Below, piece after piece: positions 10,286 through 20,300 of a DNA stretch of 64,000 bases. The notes beneath the pieces were generated by a model. It saw only the letters and a list, made by a program, of their open reading frames with translations, did no database searches and was not told the DNA's origin. Made by a program: the position numbers and the translations under genes. The DNA is from Eubacteriales bacterium. Its GTDB lineage: Bacteria; Bacillota; Clostridia; Oscillospirales; CAG-272. The DNA lies in the NCBI GenBank assembly GCA_045120465.1, contig JBGVEW010000048.1:12495-76494 (forward strand). Reading direction: 5' to 3'. Position 1 is the first letter of the stretch. Each line of letters starts with the position of its first letter.

Positions 10286-11575
10286 ATGAAACAAAACAGA
10301 CCTATCAAAGTCATTCAGTTTGGCGAGGGCGGCTTTTTGCGCGGCTTTGCGGATTGGATGCTTCAAAAATTAAACGATGCAAACCTTTGGAACGGCAGTG
10401 TCGCGGTGGTACAGCCCATTGAACAAGGTCTTTGTGATCTTCTCACCGCGCAAAACTGCGAATATACGCATATCATTCGCGGGGCTGAGGGCGTTGAGAT
10501 CAGCAAGATCGACGTGATTTCGCATTGCGTTAAGCCCTACGAGGATTTTGAGGCGTATCTTTCTCTTGCCGACAATCCCGAGGCGCGTTTTATCATTTCC
10601 AACACCACCGAGTCGGGCATCGAGTTTCGTGCGGATGATCAGGTGACCGATACGCCTCCCGCGGCGTTTCCCGCAAAGCTGACCCTGCTGCTGAAGCGTC
10701 GCTTTGAAAAGGGCTTGGGCGGATTCATCTTCCTGCCTTGCGAATTGATTAACCGCAACGGTGACAACCTCAAAAAAACGGTGCTTCAGTACGCACAGCT
10801 TTGGAACCTTGGCGCGGACTTTTGCGCGTGGGTCGAACAGGAGAACGTTTTTTGCAACACGTTGGTTGACCGCATCAACACGGGATACCCCAAGGACGAA
10901 AAGCTCGACCTCGGCTACGAGGATAACATGGTCAATACGTCTGAGTTCTTCCACTTGTGGGTCATCGAAACCGATTACGATCTTGAAAAGGAACTGCCGT
11001 TCTCCAAGGCGGGGCTGAACGTGATCGTTACCAAGGACGCATTGGAGCGTTATCGCACTCGAAAGGTGCGTATCCTCAACGGTGCGCACACCTCAATGGT
11101 ACCTTACGCACTGCTTTCCGGCTTTGACACCGTTAAATCCTGTATAGATGACGAAAAAATGAGCGGATTCATCCGTACTTGTCTCTTTGAGGAGATCATT
11201 CCCACGTTGGATCTTCCGCGTGAGGAGCTTGAGGAGTACGCAGAAAACGTGTTGGTTCGCTTCTCCAATCCCTACATCAAGCACTATCTGAGCGCGATCT
11301 CGCTCAATTCGGTCAGCAAGTTCAAGGTTCGCGTGCTCCCGTCTCTGTTGGAGTACCGCAAGAGATTCGGAACGTCTCCCAAAAACCTGATCTTCTCCTT
11401 TGCAAAGCTGATCGAGTTTTATAAAAAGGGAACTCCCAGCGATGCTCCTGAGATCATTGAAAAGATGCAAACGCTCTCCATTCGAGAAATTCTTGCGAAT
11501 GCCGAGTGGTGGGATGAGGATCTTTCCTATCTGACCGAGGAGGTAGCGGCAAATGCGGATCCATCCATCCGATAA
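10286..11575 (+). CDS. uxaB: Tagaturonate reductase (altronate oxidoreductase)
   Basis: IKVIQFGEGGFLRGFADWMLQKLN and NPYIKHYLSAISLNSVSKFKVRVLPSLL closely parallel E. coli UxaB. ATG 10286 lies downstream of the GH2 stop. Confidence 0.9.
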   Translation: MKQNRPIKVIQFGEGGFLRGFADWMLQKLNDANLWNGSVAVVQPIEQGLCDLLTAQNCEYTHIIRGAEGVEISKIDVISHCVKPYEDFEAYLSLADNPEARFIISNTTESGIEFRADDQVTDTPPAAFPAKLTLLLKRRFEKGLGGFIFLPCELINRNGDNLKKTVLQYAQLWNLGADFCAWVEQENVFCNTLVDRINTGYPKDEKLDLGYEDNMVNTSEFFHLWVIETDYDLEKELPFSKAGLNVIVTKDALERYRTRKVRILNGAHTSMVPYALLSGFDTVKSCIDDEKMSGFIRTCLFEEIIPTLDLPREELEEYAENVLVRFSNPYIKHYLSAISLNSVSKFKVRVLPSLLEYRKRFGTSPKNLIFSFAKLIEFYKKGTPSDAPEIIEKMQTLSIREILANAEWWDEDLSYLTEEVAANADPSIR

Positions 11576-12929
11576 CGTTGAGGTGCGTGCTGACGGACAA
11601 AAATACGCCCTGACCGATCTGAACACAGGCGATTCCGTCATCAAATACGGTTTTCCCATCGGGTCCGCGAAATGCGCGATTTCCGCTGGTGAGCAGGTGT
11701 CTCCAAAAAATCTTCGCTCCAATCTTTCGGGAATGGGGGATTGGTATTACGATCCTGCCGAAACCGCACCGCTTGGCACGGTGGAGGGAAGCTTTATGGG
11801 CTACGTTCGCAAAAACGGTGACGTTGGAATCCGAAATGAGCTTTGGATCGTTCCCACCGTCGGTTGTATCAACGACGTTGCCAAGGCGCTGGCAGAAAAG
11901 AGCGGTGCCAAGGCATTGACACACCCTTACGGATGCTCTCAGCTTGGGGGGGACCTTGAAACCACGCAGCACGTTCTGTGCGGCTTGATCCGCCATCCCA
12001 ATGCGGGCGGTGTGCTGGTTTTGGGGCTTGGATGCGAAAATAACCGCATGGAGGATATGCAGGCGATGCTTGCGGATGCCGACGCGGAGCGCGTGCGCTT
12101 CCTCAATATCCAGGATTGCGAGGATGAGCTTATCGAGGGGATGAAGATCCTTGACGAATTAAAGACACTGATGGAAACGGATATTCGCGTCAGCGTCCCG
12201 CTCTCCAAGCTGCGCATTGCCGTAAAGTGCGGTGGCTCCGACGGGTACAGCGGAATTACCGCAAACCCGCTGGTTGGACGTGCAATGGAGCGCCATGCCG
12301 CTCACGGCGGAACGGTGCTCATGAGTGAGATCCCGGAGGTGTTTGGAGCGGAGCAACTGTTGCTCTCGCGCGCCAAAGATCAAGCCGTCTTTGACGAAGC
12401 GGTCAGCATGATCCGCGCCTTCCGTCAGTATTTTATCGACCACGGAGAGGGCATTGCCGATAATCCCTCGCCGGGAAATATCGCGGGCGGTATTTCCACG
12501 CTCGAGGAAAAATCCTTGGGATGCGTACAAAAGGCGGGCAAGGTTCCGCTGTTCGGCGCATTGCAATTTGGTGAGATCCCCCAAAAGGACGGCGGATTGT
12601 ATTTGGTCAACGGCCCCGGAAACGATATGGTTGCCGTTACCAATCTGGCAGCTTCGGGGGCTCATATGATCCTGTTCACCACGGGTCGCGGAACACCTTT
12701 GTCTGCCCCCGTTCCCACTCTCAAAATTGCTACCAACACGCCTTTGGCGCAAAAAAAGAAACACTGGATCGATTTCAACGCGGGTACGCTGCTTGACGGA
12801 GCGGATTGGGAGGAGGAAGCTGAGAGCCTTTATGCGCTTTGCCGCCGCGTTGCCGACGGTGAGCAATCCAAGAGCGAGGTCAACGGATATTACGATATTG
12901 CTATTTTTAAAGACGGAGTTACGCTATAA
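11553..12929 (+). CDS. uxaA: Altronate dehydratase
   Basis: SAF-type N-terminus, then GDVGIRNELWIVPTVGC, HPYGCSQLG, VKCGGSDGYSGITANP and LFTTGRGTP blocks matching UxaA. RBS GAGGAGG. Overlaps the uxaB end by 23 nt. Confidence 0.93.
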   Translation: MRIHPSDNVEVRADGQKYALTDLNTGDSVIKYGFPIGSAKCAISAGEQVSPKNLRSNLSGMGDWYYDPAETAPLGTVEGSFMGYVRKNGDVGIRNELWIVPTVGCINDVAKALAEKSGAKALTHPYGCSQLGGDLETTQHVLCGLIRHPNAGGVLVLGLGCENNRMEDMQAMLADADAERVRFLNIQDCEDELIEGMKILDELKTLMETDIRVSVPLSKLRIAVKCGGSDGYSGITANPLVGRAMERHAAHGGTVLMSEIPEVFGAEQLLLSRAKDQAVFDEAVSMIRAFRQYFIDHGEGIADNPSPGNIAGGISTLEEKSLGCVQKAGKVPLFGALQFGEIPQKDGGLYLVNGPGNDMVAVTNLAASGAHMILFTTGRGTPLSAPVPTLKIATNTPLAQKKKHWIDFNAGTLLDGADWEEEAESLYALCRRVADGEQSKSEVNGYYDIAIFKDGVTL

Positions 12930-12940
12930 AGAGGTTTTTT

Positions 12941-14107
12941 ATGAAAGAATTTATCAGTGATTATTATGATAGCTGCAAGATTTTGACTCCCGACGATAAC
13001 GCGCACTACTTTTTCGCCTATTACGATATGCGCGCAACAGGAAAGTCGGGAAAACATCTTTGCCATCGCGTTTCCTTTATGGACCGTTTGCAGGAGCCCG
13101 ACGACGTGTGTGAGCTTGGATATTTGGAAAACGGTCAATTTTTCAAGTTTTCCGAAACAACCGCATGGAACTTTCAGCAGGGGGCAATGCTCCAGTATCA
13201 TCCCGCCAAGGAAAACACCGTATATTATAACGTTTGTGAAAACGGTCAATACATGACCGTAACGCACAACTATATGACGGGTGAAAAGAAATACACGGAT
13301 CGTGCCACCGCTTGCGTCTCTCCCGACGGCAAGTGGGGATTGGGTGTCAATTTTGGGCGTATCTTTGCCTTTCGACCGGGATACGGATACGCAGGGTTCG
13401 TTGACGAGAACGAAGCTGTTAACGCCCCGTCGGATGACGGTGTATTCCTTGTGGATATGGAGAGCGGAAGCTCGCGTCAGATCGTTTCTTATGCCGATCT
13501 TGCACCGATTGCGGGCTTTGCGCCCGATCAAAAAATTTTGATCAATCACATCACCTTTAATACGACTTCCGATCGCTTTTTGATGCTGGTGCGCAATTTT
13601 ATGACGCCCGAGCATCCCGATTGGTCATCGTCTCTTGTGATCGCGGACTTGCAGGGCAACTGCCGAGCCGTGTTGCAAAACACCTACTTTTCGCACTATC
13701 TGTGGCTCTCTCATAAGGATCTTTTGGCGCATTGCACCGTCGAGGGAGACAAAAAGAGTATGTACGTCATCGACGTGGATACGGGTAAGTGGGTCGAATA
13801 CGATATGCCGTATTTCCACGGGAAACACAATCCCGACATTCATTGCAATATGTCACCCGATGGAAAATACGTGATCGGTGACGGATACCCCATTGACGGG
13901 TACCGATATTTGATGGCGTACAGCATCGAAACAGGCAAATCGCGTGAATTGTTGCGTGTCAAAACCGTTACTCCCAACGATATCACCGACATCCGTACCG
14001 ATCCGCACGCCAGATTCGTATGGGGCGGTCAATACGTTACCTTTGATACCACGCATAACGGAAAACGTCAGGTCGCGCAAATCGATCTTCGCGCGTTGGA
14101 TTTTTAA
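12941..14107 (+). CDS. Beta-propeller protein, oligogalacturonate lyase (PL22)-like; family uncertain
   Basis: 388 aa, the same size as Ogl. Repeated SPDGK-type blade motifs (CVSPDGKWG, CNMSPDGKYVIGDG, DPHARFVWGGQYVTFDT). Embedded between uxaA and uxaC. The assignment rests on remembered pattern similarity only. Confidence 0.45.
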   Translation: MKEFISDYYDSCKILTPDDNAHYFFAYYDMRATGKSGKHLCHRVSFMDRLQEPDDVCELGYLENGQFFKFSETTAWNFQQGAMLQYHPAKENTVYYNVCENGQYMTVTHNYMTGEKKYTDRATACVSPDGKWGLGVNFGRIFAFRPGYGYAGFVDENEAVNAPSDDGVFLVDMESGSSRQIVSYADLAPIAGFAPDQKILINHITFNTTSDRFLMLVRNFMTPEHPDWSSSLVIADLQGNCRAVLQNTYFSHYLWLSHKDLLAHCTVEGDKKSMYVIDVDTGKWVEYDMPYFHGKHNPDIHCNMSPDGKYVIGDGYPIDGYRYLMAYSIETGKSRELLRVKTVTPNDITDIRTDPHARFVWGGQYVTFDTTHNGKRQVAQIDLRALDF

Positions 14108-14194
14108 GGCAGAGGGATCATTGAATGAGCGAATGAAAAAAATATCCCGCCCGTTGCCGAAAAACTTGGTCGATCATGTGAAAGGAAATGAATA

Positions 14195-15583
14195 ATGAGT
14201 TACATTACAAAGGATTTTTTATTGAATAATCAAACTGCTAAAGATCTGTACTTTGGCTACGCCAAGGATATGCCGATCTTTGACTATCACTGCCATCTGC
14301 CCGAAAAGCAGATCCTCGAAAACAAGCCCTTTTCCGACGTATTTGAAATTTGGCTGGCAGGAGATCATTATAAGTGGAGATTGATGCGCAACTACGGTGT
14401 CGATGAAAAGTATATCACGGGGGACGCTACCAATCAGGAAAAGTTCATGACTTACTGCCGCGTATTGGGCACGGCGTTCGGCAACCCCCTGTACCATTGG
14501 TCACAGGTGGAGCTTGAGGAGTTCTTCGGTTGTACGAAGGAGATCAACGAGGAGAATGCCGAAGCGATCTGGGAGGAGTGCAACGCATACATCCGTACCA
14601 ACAACGTCACTCCGCAGTCGCTCATCGAACGCTCAAACGTCAAGCACCTCTTTACAACCAACGAGGTTTTCGACGATTTGACGACCTTTGAAAAGATTGC
14701 GCAAAAGGGATACAAATTCACGGTTGCTCCCGCATTCCGTGCGGATAAGATCATGAATATCGACGCTCCTCTTTACCGTACCTTTCTTGGAAAGCTGGAG
14801 GAGCTGACGCATCCCATCACTACGGTTGAGGAATTGGAAACTGCGTTGGAAAATCGTTTGCAGGCATTCCTTAAGGTTGGTGCTAAGGCGAGCGATATCG
14901 CGTTGGAGCGCGCGTTACCCGTCACTACGAGAGAGGAAGCGCAGGCTGTTCTTACCAAGGTGCTTGCTGGCGAGACCCCCGATCTTGCAGAAACCGAGAT
15001 CTTCAAGGGATATCTCACCTATTTCTTGATGAAACTGTACGCAAGATATCACGTTGCCACCGAGGTTCACATCGGCGCGATGCGTAACAACAACGCGGTT
15101 ATGCTCGAAAAGTTGGGGCTTGACACCGGCTTCGACAGCATTTCCGACACCAATAGCATCAGCGCACTGTCGAGACTCTTTGATCGCCTCAACAGTGAGG
15201 GAGCTCTCCCCAAGACCATCGTGTTCAACCTCAATCCCAAAATGAACACCGAGATCATGACGCTCATCGGCTGCTTCCAGAGTGGGGAAGCAAGAGGAAA
15301 GATGCAGTACGGTCCTGCATGGTGGTTCCTTGACAACAAGGTTGGCATGGAGCAGCATTTGCGCGATCTGACCGCAACGGGACACCTTGCCGTGTTTGTC
15401 GGAATGCTTACCGACAGCCGCTCTCTCTTGTCCTATCCTCGCCACCACTATTTCCGCCGTATTCTGTGTAACTATCTCGGAACGATGATGGAGAACGGCG
15501 AGATGACTGCGGATATGGAGCGCGTCGGTGCAGTGGTGCGTGACATCTGCTTCAACAATTCGGTTTCTTATCTCAATATGTAA
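14195..15583 (+). CDS. uxaC: Glucuronate/galacturonate isomerase
   Basis: 462 aa. MPIFDYHCHL, LAGDHYKWRLMR, GNPLYHWSQVEL and MLTDSRSLLSYPRHHYFRR are UxaC hallmarks. Confidence 0.95.
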   Translation: MSYITKDFLLNNQTAKDLYFGYAKDMPIFDYHCHLPEKQILENKPFSDVFEIWLAGDHYKWRLMRNYGVDEKYITGDATNQEKFMTYCRVLGTAFGNPLYHWSQVELEEFFGCTKEINEENAEAIWEECNAYIRTNNVTPQSLIERSNVKHLFTTNEVFDDLTTFEKIAQKGYKFTVAPAFRADKIMNIDAPLYRTFLGKLEELTHPITTVEELETALENRLQAFLKVGAKASDIALERALPVTTREEAQAVLTKVLAGETPDLAETEIFKGYLTYFLMKLYARYHVATEVHIGAMRNNNAVMLEKLGLDTGFDSISDTNSISALSRLFDRLNSEGALPKTIVFNLNPKMNTEIMTLIGCFQSGEARGKMQYGPAWWFLDNKVGMEQHLRDLTATGHLAVFVGMLTDSRSLLSYPRHHYFRRILCNYLGTMMENGEMTADMERVGAVVRDICFNNSVSYLNM

Positions 15584-15596
15584 AGGAGGCATCGCT

Positions 15597-16370
15597 ATGA
15601 AGATTGGAATTTGTCGCAATATGGAGCAATCCGTCAACGATTATCCGGGCAAAGCAGATTACATCGAAATCAGCGCAATGGATATCCTTGGCAATTTAAA
15701 GGAATACTATCCGAGGTTTAAAACGGCTGTAGATGAAGGAAGCGTTGTGACGTATAGCTGTAACGGACTTTTCCCGGGGGATATTCGCCTGACGGGTGAC
15801 GTAAATTGGGATCGCATCAAGGAATATTGCGACGAGACTTTTTACAAGCTGGCGGAGGTTAAGGTCAAGATGCTGGTGTTCGGTTCGGGCAAGGCAAAGC
15901 ACGTACCCGATGGCTTTGACCGCGCCAAGGCGTGGGATCAGCTCTACGAGTTGGGGGCGTATTTGTCGGATACCGCCAAGCAATACGGGCAAACCGTTGT
16001 TGTTGAACCGTTGCGCTACCAAGAGGTCAATATCGTTAACACGGTCGATGAGGGCGCGGAATACTGCCGCGTCGTCAACCGCGACAACTTTAAGCTGCTG
16101 GTCGATTTTTATCATTTTGCCAACAATCAAGAGGATTGGGCATCTTTGGAACGAAATCGGGATCTTTTAGCCCATGCGCATATTGCAACGGTCGAGGAAC
16201 GAACAAGACCCACGACAAAGGAGGATTGGGCGTTTTTCGAGCGTTCCATCAACGCACTGCGTGCCATCAACTTTACAGGCAACCTCAGCTTTGAGGGAGG
16301 CAATCACGAGGCGTGCCATATGAGTGAGATGGCAGAACGCATGAAAGAGATCGCGCGCAAACCCTTATAA
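15597..16370 (+). CDS. Sugar phosphate isomerase/epimerase (xylose isomerase-like TIM barrel), substrate unknown
   Basis: 257 aa from ATG 15597. VVVEPL...NFKLLVDFYHF...LLAHAHIA is the metal-ligand pattern of the AP-endo2/XI-like TIM-barrel family. Last gene of the hexuronate cluster. Confidence 0.7.
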   Translation: MKIGICRNMEQSVNDYPGKADYIEISAMDILGNLKEYYPRFKTAVDEGSVVTYSCNGLFPGDIRLTGDVNWDRIKEYCDETFYKLAEVKVKMLVFGSGKAKHVPDGFDRAKAWDQLYELGAYLSDTAKQYGQTVVVEPLRYQEVNIVNTVDEGAEYCRVVNRDNFKLLVDFYHFANNQEDWASLERNRDLLAHAHIATVEERTRPTTKEDWAFFERSINALRAINFTGNLSFEGGNHEACHMSEMAERMKEIARKPL

Positions 16371-16379
16371 AGTAAAAAA

Positions 16380-16409
16380 GCGGCTTCCGCTCATTTGAGC
16401 GGAAGCCGT
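16380..16409. terminator. Hairpin terminator between convergent genes
   Basis: GCGGCTTCCGCTCA-tt-TGAGCGGAAGCCG, flanked by an A-run and TTTGG. Confidence 0.7.
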
Positions 16410-16413
16410 TTGG

Positions 16414-17157
16414 TTATTCGGTTTCTTTCCACGTGCCGCCGTTTGCAAACACCTTAAGCGCGCGTGAAAGCAGGGGAATACGGAAGAAAAAGTATAAAAT
16501 CATCGCACCGCCCACGTTTAAAATCAAATCGTCAACGTCACAGCAACCAACCATAAAGGCAAACTGCAAAGCTTCTACCACGGCAACGCTTACGGTCAGC
16601 GTCGGTAAAAAAACGTACCAACGCCGTTGCCCCCTCCAAAAGTGAGGCAAAAAGAAGGAAAGCGGCATAAACGCGCAGGTATTTCCAAGCAGATTGAGCA
16701 ACATATAATAGCTGTTTACGTATCCATTCAAAAAACCTTTGATATAGACGTCGTAAATGCTTTGAAAGGGTTTCAGGTTTACAAATCGGTTTACGTAATA
16801 TTCCCGTCCGCCCTCAATCGATTCGGGAATGAGTGCGTTACGCCCCATCCCTTTGTCAAGGAGCGTAAAATTGAGAAGAAGATAAAGGTAAAGACCAAAA
16901 AACAACCACATCAAAATCCGCATGACCTTGCGGTTGTTTTGGCGGTCGGCGTAAAGTAATCCGCCAAGGTAAAACAGCGTGCAGATCAATACCATCAAAA
17001 TCAAGCGGAGCATTGCCGATTTCGAAAAGCGTTCGGCATGAAGCAATACCTGAACCTCGGAGAGCGCAAAGAGGATCAAAAAGAGGGAAGCGAACAAAAA
17101 GACCCAAAATTCGGCATGTCGAGCGTCTTTTTGGATGCGCGTAAGCACGTTTTTCAC
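16414..17157 (-). CDS. VanZ family membrane protein
   Basis: 247 aa with a GTG start after RBS AAGGGGGA. Polytopic. The C-terminal half (FMPLSFFLP...VVEALQFAF..CDVDDLILNVGGAM) is the VanZ-like pattern. Confidence 0.75.
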   Translation of the reverse strand: MKNVLTRIQKDARHAEFWVFLFASLFLILFALSEVQVLLHAERFSKSAMLRLILMVLICTLFYLGGLLYADRQNNRKVMRILMWLFFGLYLYLLLNFTLLDKGMGRNALIPESIEGGREYYVNRFVNLKPFQSIYDVYIKGFLNGYVNSYYMLLNLLGNTCAFMPLSFFLPHFWRGQRRWYVFLPTLTVSVAVVEALQFAFMVGCCDVDDLILNVGGAMILYFFFRIPLLSRALKVFANGGTWKETE

Positions 17158-17307
17158 AATATTCCCCCTTTACATGATTTTCTGCTATCAGTATAGCAGA
17201 AAATCGCCAAAAAGTCTATAGCTTTTTCGCAAAAAAATAACTCTTTACAAAAGAGAATATTTGTGTTATAATAAACGAAAGAACTTCATTTTGAAAGGAT
17301 GTTAACC

Positions 17308-18195
17308 ATGGATACGACGTTGGTCATTTTGGCAGCGGGACTGGGCAGCCGTTTTGGTGGAAATAAGCAGATCTCTCACGTAGGCCCTCACGGTGAAATT
17401 TTAATGGAATACTCCATTCACGATGCAATCGAGGCAGGATTTACCCAAATTGTCTTTATTCTCAAGAAGGATATGGTAGAAATGATCCGCGAAACGCTCG
17501 GCAAGCGACTCGAGGGTAAGGTGCGCGTCGATTACGCAGTGCAGGATGACACCACGCTCCCCGCATGGTATCATAAGCCCGAGGAAAGAACCAAGCCCTT
17601 TGGTACGGTTCACGCAGTGCTTTGCGCAAAGGACGTGATCCGCGGTCCTTTTGCAACCGTCAATGCCGACGATTACTACGGTAAAGAGGCGTTTCAGATC
17701 ATGCACGGTCTGCTCCTTTCGTTAAAGGATGCAGGCGATGCGTCCATGGTTCCGTATATTCTTGGCAACACGATGAGCGAAAACGGCGGCGTTACGCGCG
17801 GTATTTGTAAGGTAGAGAACGAAAAGCTCCTCGACGTTGTAGAAACCAAAAACATCGAATATACCCCCGACCGTTCAATCATCAGCGACAATGGAGCGTT
17901 GACAGGGGATGAGATGGTGTCCATGAATATGTGGGGCTTCCACCGTGACCTGCTTGAGCGAATGAATCAATATTTTGAGGACTTTTTAAAGGCAACTCCC
18001 GCAGAGGATATCAAGGCGGAGTGCTTGCTTCCCATTATGGTAGGAGAATTTTTGGCAAAGGGCGATTTCAGCGTCCGCGCAAAATCCTCCACCGATAAGT
18101 GGTTTGGCATTACCTATCAGGCAGACCGCGAAATTGTTGTCAATCAGCTTCTCGCGCTTCACAATGAGGGACAGTATCCCGCAGAGCTGTTCTGA
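17308..18195 (+). CDS. Sugar-phosphate nucleotidyltransferase family protein
   Basis: LVILAAGLGSRFGG is the GT-A nucleotidyltransferase signature (G-x-G-t-R). ATG 17308 has better RBS spacing than 17299. Confidence 0.7.
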   Translation: MDTTLVILAAGLGSRFGGNKQISHVGPHGEILMEYSIHDAIEAGFTQIVFILKKDMVEMIRETLGKRLEGKVRVDYAVQDDTTLPAWYHKPEERTKPFGTVHAVLCAKDVIRGPFATVNADDYYGKEAFQIMHGLLLSLKDAGDASMVPYILGNTMSENGGVTRGICKVENEKLLDVVETKNIEYTPDRSIISDNGALTGDEMVSMNMWGFHRDLLERMNQYFEDFLKATPAEDIKAECLLPIMVGEFLAKGDFSVRAKSSTDKWFGITYQADREIVVNQLLALHNEGQYPAELF

Positions 18196-18202
18196 ACTCC
18201 CC

Positions 18203-18258
18203 GAAAAGGGTTGGTCAAATGCATTTTTGCATTCGACCAACCCTTTTCTATTTTTTTA
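18203..18258 (+). terminator. Rho-independent terminator of the nucleotidyltransferase gene
   Basis: 20-bp stem GAAAAGGGTTGGTCAAATGC / GCATTCGACCAACCCTTTTC with one mismatch, followed by TATTTTTTT. Confidence 0.75.
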
Positions 18259-19792
18259 CCAACCCCAAAATCCATCCGCGATCCTCTTTGTCAAGCGTTC
18301 CGGAAAGGAACAGGAACAAAAGATAGAAAAGTACAAGAAGAAGTCCGAATACCGTCAAAATCACGCGCGTGCCGGAAAATCGATCAAACGTGGCAGAAAG
18401 TAAGAAGCGCGTTAGCGCGGTGGCGCATACAATACAAATAAGCGGCTTACCGATCCATTTTACAATTCGAACGGGCGTTTGGCTGATCGACAAAAGATGC
18501 GTTACACTGCAAACGGTGTTAAAAAGCTCCGAGACGTAAATGGTAATCAAATATCCATGAATTCCCATACGCGGAATGAGGAGAGAGACCAAAATCACCG
18601 AAATCAAAGCATCCGCGATATTGATCTTCATCGAAAACACCTGTTCCCCAAGCCCCTTCATCATTGCATCGGTTGCCGTATCGACGTACATAATGGGGAT
18701 GAGAGGTGCCAATACGCGGATATAGTATCCCGCGTGCGTATTGGGGTAGAGTAATGTTCCAAGCTCGTTCGAAAAGGTGATCAGAAGCCCCGCGGCACCA
18801 ATGGAAAAGAGAATCGAAAGTGACCATACACGAGCGATCATATAGCGGATACGCCTGTGGCTGTGTTGAATCTCCGCTTCTGCCAGCTCCGGCACGAGCA
18901 GTCCCGAAAAGGAAGAGATCAATGCGGCGGGGTATAGAATCACGGGAAGTGCCATTCCTTGGATGCATCCGTATGCCACGAGTGCCGCCCGATGCGTGCT
19001 TCCGCTATGGCGAAGCGCGCGAGGGATCAGGATTTGCTGAAGGGTGAGCAGACCGGATCGGATGTATGCGGTAAAGGCAACGGGAAGACTGATCGCCCAA
19101 AGCTTTTGTCCTTCCGCACGTCCACCGTCGCGGTCACCAAGCTTAAAATGCCGCGCACGGTCTATGCGGTATAGCAAAAAAGCGATCAAAAACGAAAGGA
19201 TCTCGGCTGCCGCACCGCCCGCAACCAAGGCAAGGCAGGTGCTTTCCACGTCGTTTGCAAACGCCGTTCCAAACAGAGTGACCGTTGCAGCGATTTTTAT
19301 GGCTTGCTCGATGACTTGTACGGCGGCGTTTTTGTAAGGACGCCTGACGGCGGTAAAGTAACCGCCCCAAGCCGAGGAGAGCGCGATAAGCGGAAGCGTC
19401 AGTGCCAAGAGTCGGAGGGAGGGAACGGTTCTGGAGTCGCAAAGCCAATGCGTTCCAATCAGGTCAGCTCCCAAAAAGAGGAGCGCGGAGGAAAGAACAC
19501 CAAAAAAGAGAGCGTAAACGGTTGCCTTTTTCATTGCAGGAAGAATCCGCTCCGTTTTGCCTTCTCCAATGGCATCCACCACAAGGCGTGTGACACCGAG
19601 GTGGATTCCCGAGGTCGCAAGGGTCAGGGCAAAGCCGTAAACTCCCGACAAAAGCGAAAACAACCCCATGGCTTCGCTTCCGGCACGCCCCGAAACATAG
19701 ACTTGAAAGCCCACACCTACCGTTCGCATCAAAAGCGAGGCAGAGGTGAGTAGCATGGCGTTCCAAAAAAGCTGTTTTGCGTGTGTTTTCAT
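18248..19792 (-). CDS. MOP-superfamily polysaccharide/lipid II flippase (SpoVB-like)
   Basis: 514 aa, roughly 14 TM segments. The N-terminus LLTSASLLMRTVGVGFQVYVSGRAGSEAMGLF resembles SpoVB/MurJ-type proteins. Confidence 0.65.
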   Translation of the reverse strand: MKTHAKQLFWNAMLLTSASLLMRTVGVGFQVYVSGRAGSEAMGLFSLLSGVYGFALTLATSGIHLGVTRLVVDAIGEGKTERILPAMKKATVYALFFGVLSSALLFLGADLIGTHWLCDSRTVPSLRLLALTLPLIALSSAWGGYFTAVRRPYKNAAVQVIEQAIKIAATVTLFGTAFANDVESTCLALVAGGAAAEILSFLIAFLLYRIDRARHFKLGDRDGGRAEGQKLWAISLPVAFTAYIRSGLLTLQQILIPRALRHSGSTHRAALVAYGCIQGMALPVILYPAALISSFSGLLVPELAEAEIQHSHRRIRYMIARVWSLSILFSIGAAGLLITFSNELGTLLYPNTHAGYYIRVLAPLIPIMYVDTATDAMMKGLGEQVFSMKINIADALISVILVSLLIPRMGIHGYLITIYVSELFNTVCSVTHLLSISQTPVRIVKWIGKPLICIVCATALTRFLLSATFDRFSGTRVILTVFGLLLVLFYLLFLFLSGTLDKEDRGWILGLVKK

Positions 19793-19918
19793 GAATCAAA
19801 GATACCTCGCGTTGGGGATGATCAATTTTATTGTATGAGCAAAAGGAACGGAATATTTGCTTTTTTTCACTGCTTTTTGTGCAAACGCATAAAATGTTGA
19901 AAAAATCAAAATCGGGTA

Positions 19919-19947
19919 TTGACAAAATTCGATACCCGCGATATCAT
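19919..19947 (+). promoter_or_regulatory. Putative sigma-A promoter of rubredoxin
   Basis: TTGACA, 17 nt, TATCAT. The -35 element is embedded in the inverted repeat CGGGTAT...ATACCCG (19913-19938). Confidence 0.4.
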
Positions 19948-19985
19948 ATATACTGTTCAAAAAATATATAAAGGAGAAATGTGGT

Positions 19986-20171
19986 ATGACGATTCACATT
20001 TGCGAGCTGTGCGGCTATGAATATGATCCGCTCGTGGGAGACGTTGACAACGGAATAGAAGAAGGCACGGATTTTGAGGATCTTCCCGCTAACTGGGTAT
20101 GTCCCTTGTGCGGAGCGGGAAAAGAGGATTTTACGGCAGAGCATCGAGAAATCGACGAGGACTACGAATAA
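19986..20171 (+). CDS. Rubredoxin
   Basis: 61 aa with [10 protein letters not shown]...[13 protein letters not shown], two CxxC knuckles in the canonical rubredoxin context. RBS AAAGGAG. Confidence 0.93.
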   Translation: MTIHICELCGYEYDPLVGDVDNGIEEGTDFEDLPANWVCPLCGAGKEDFTAEHREIDEDYE

Positions 20172-20300
20172 ACAAAAGCAGGGGGAGACCAAATGCGTGT
20201 TGCATTCGACGCTCCCCCCATTTTTTGTCAAAAAGTGTTGAAATTTGGAAACACCTGTGATATAATTAGTATAACTTAAATCATGCAGGAGAAATAGGAT

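Noticed and set aside
19913-19938. Palindromes upstream of rubredoxin (CGGGTAT..ATACCCG) and rubrerythrin (28179-28209, AAAAATCGGGATA..TATCCCGATTTTT) as a shared PerR/Rex-type operator
   Set aside because: The half-sites differ (GGGTAT versus GGGATA) and so does the spacing. The second palindrome is adequately explained as the terminator of the upstream GNAT gene. Neither matches the PerR or Rex consensus sequences I know.
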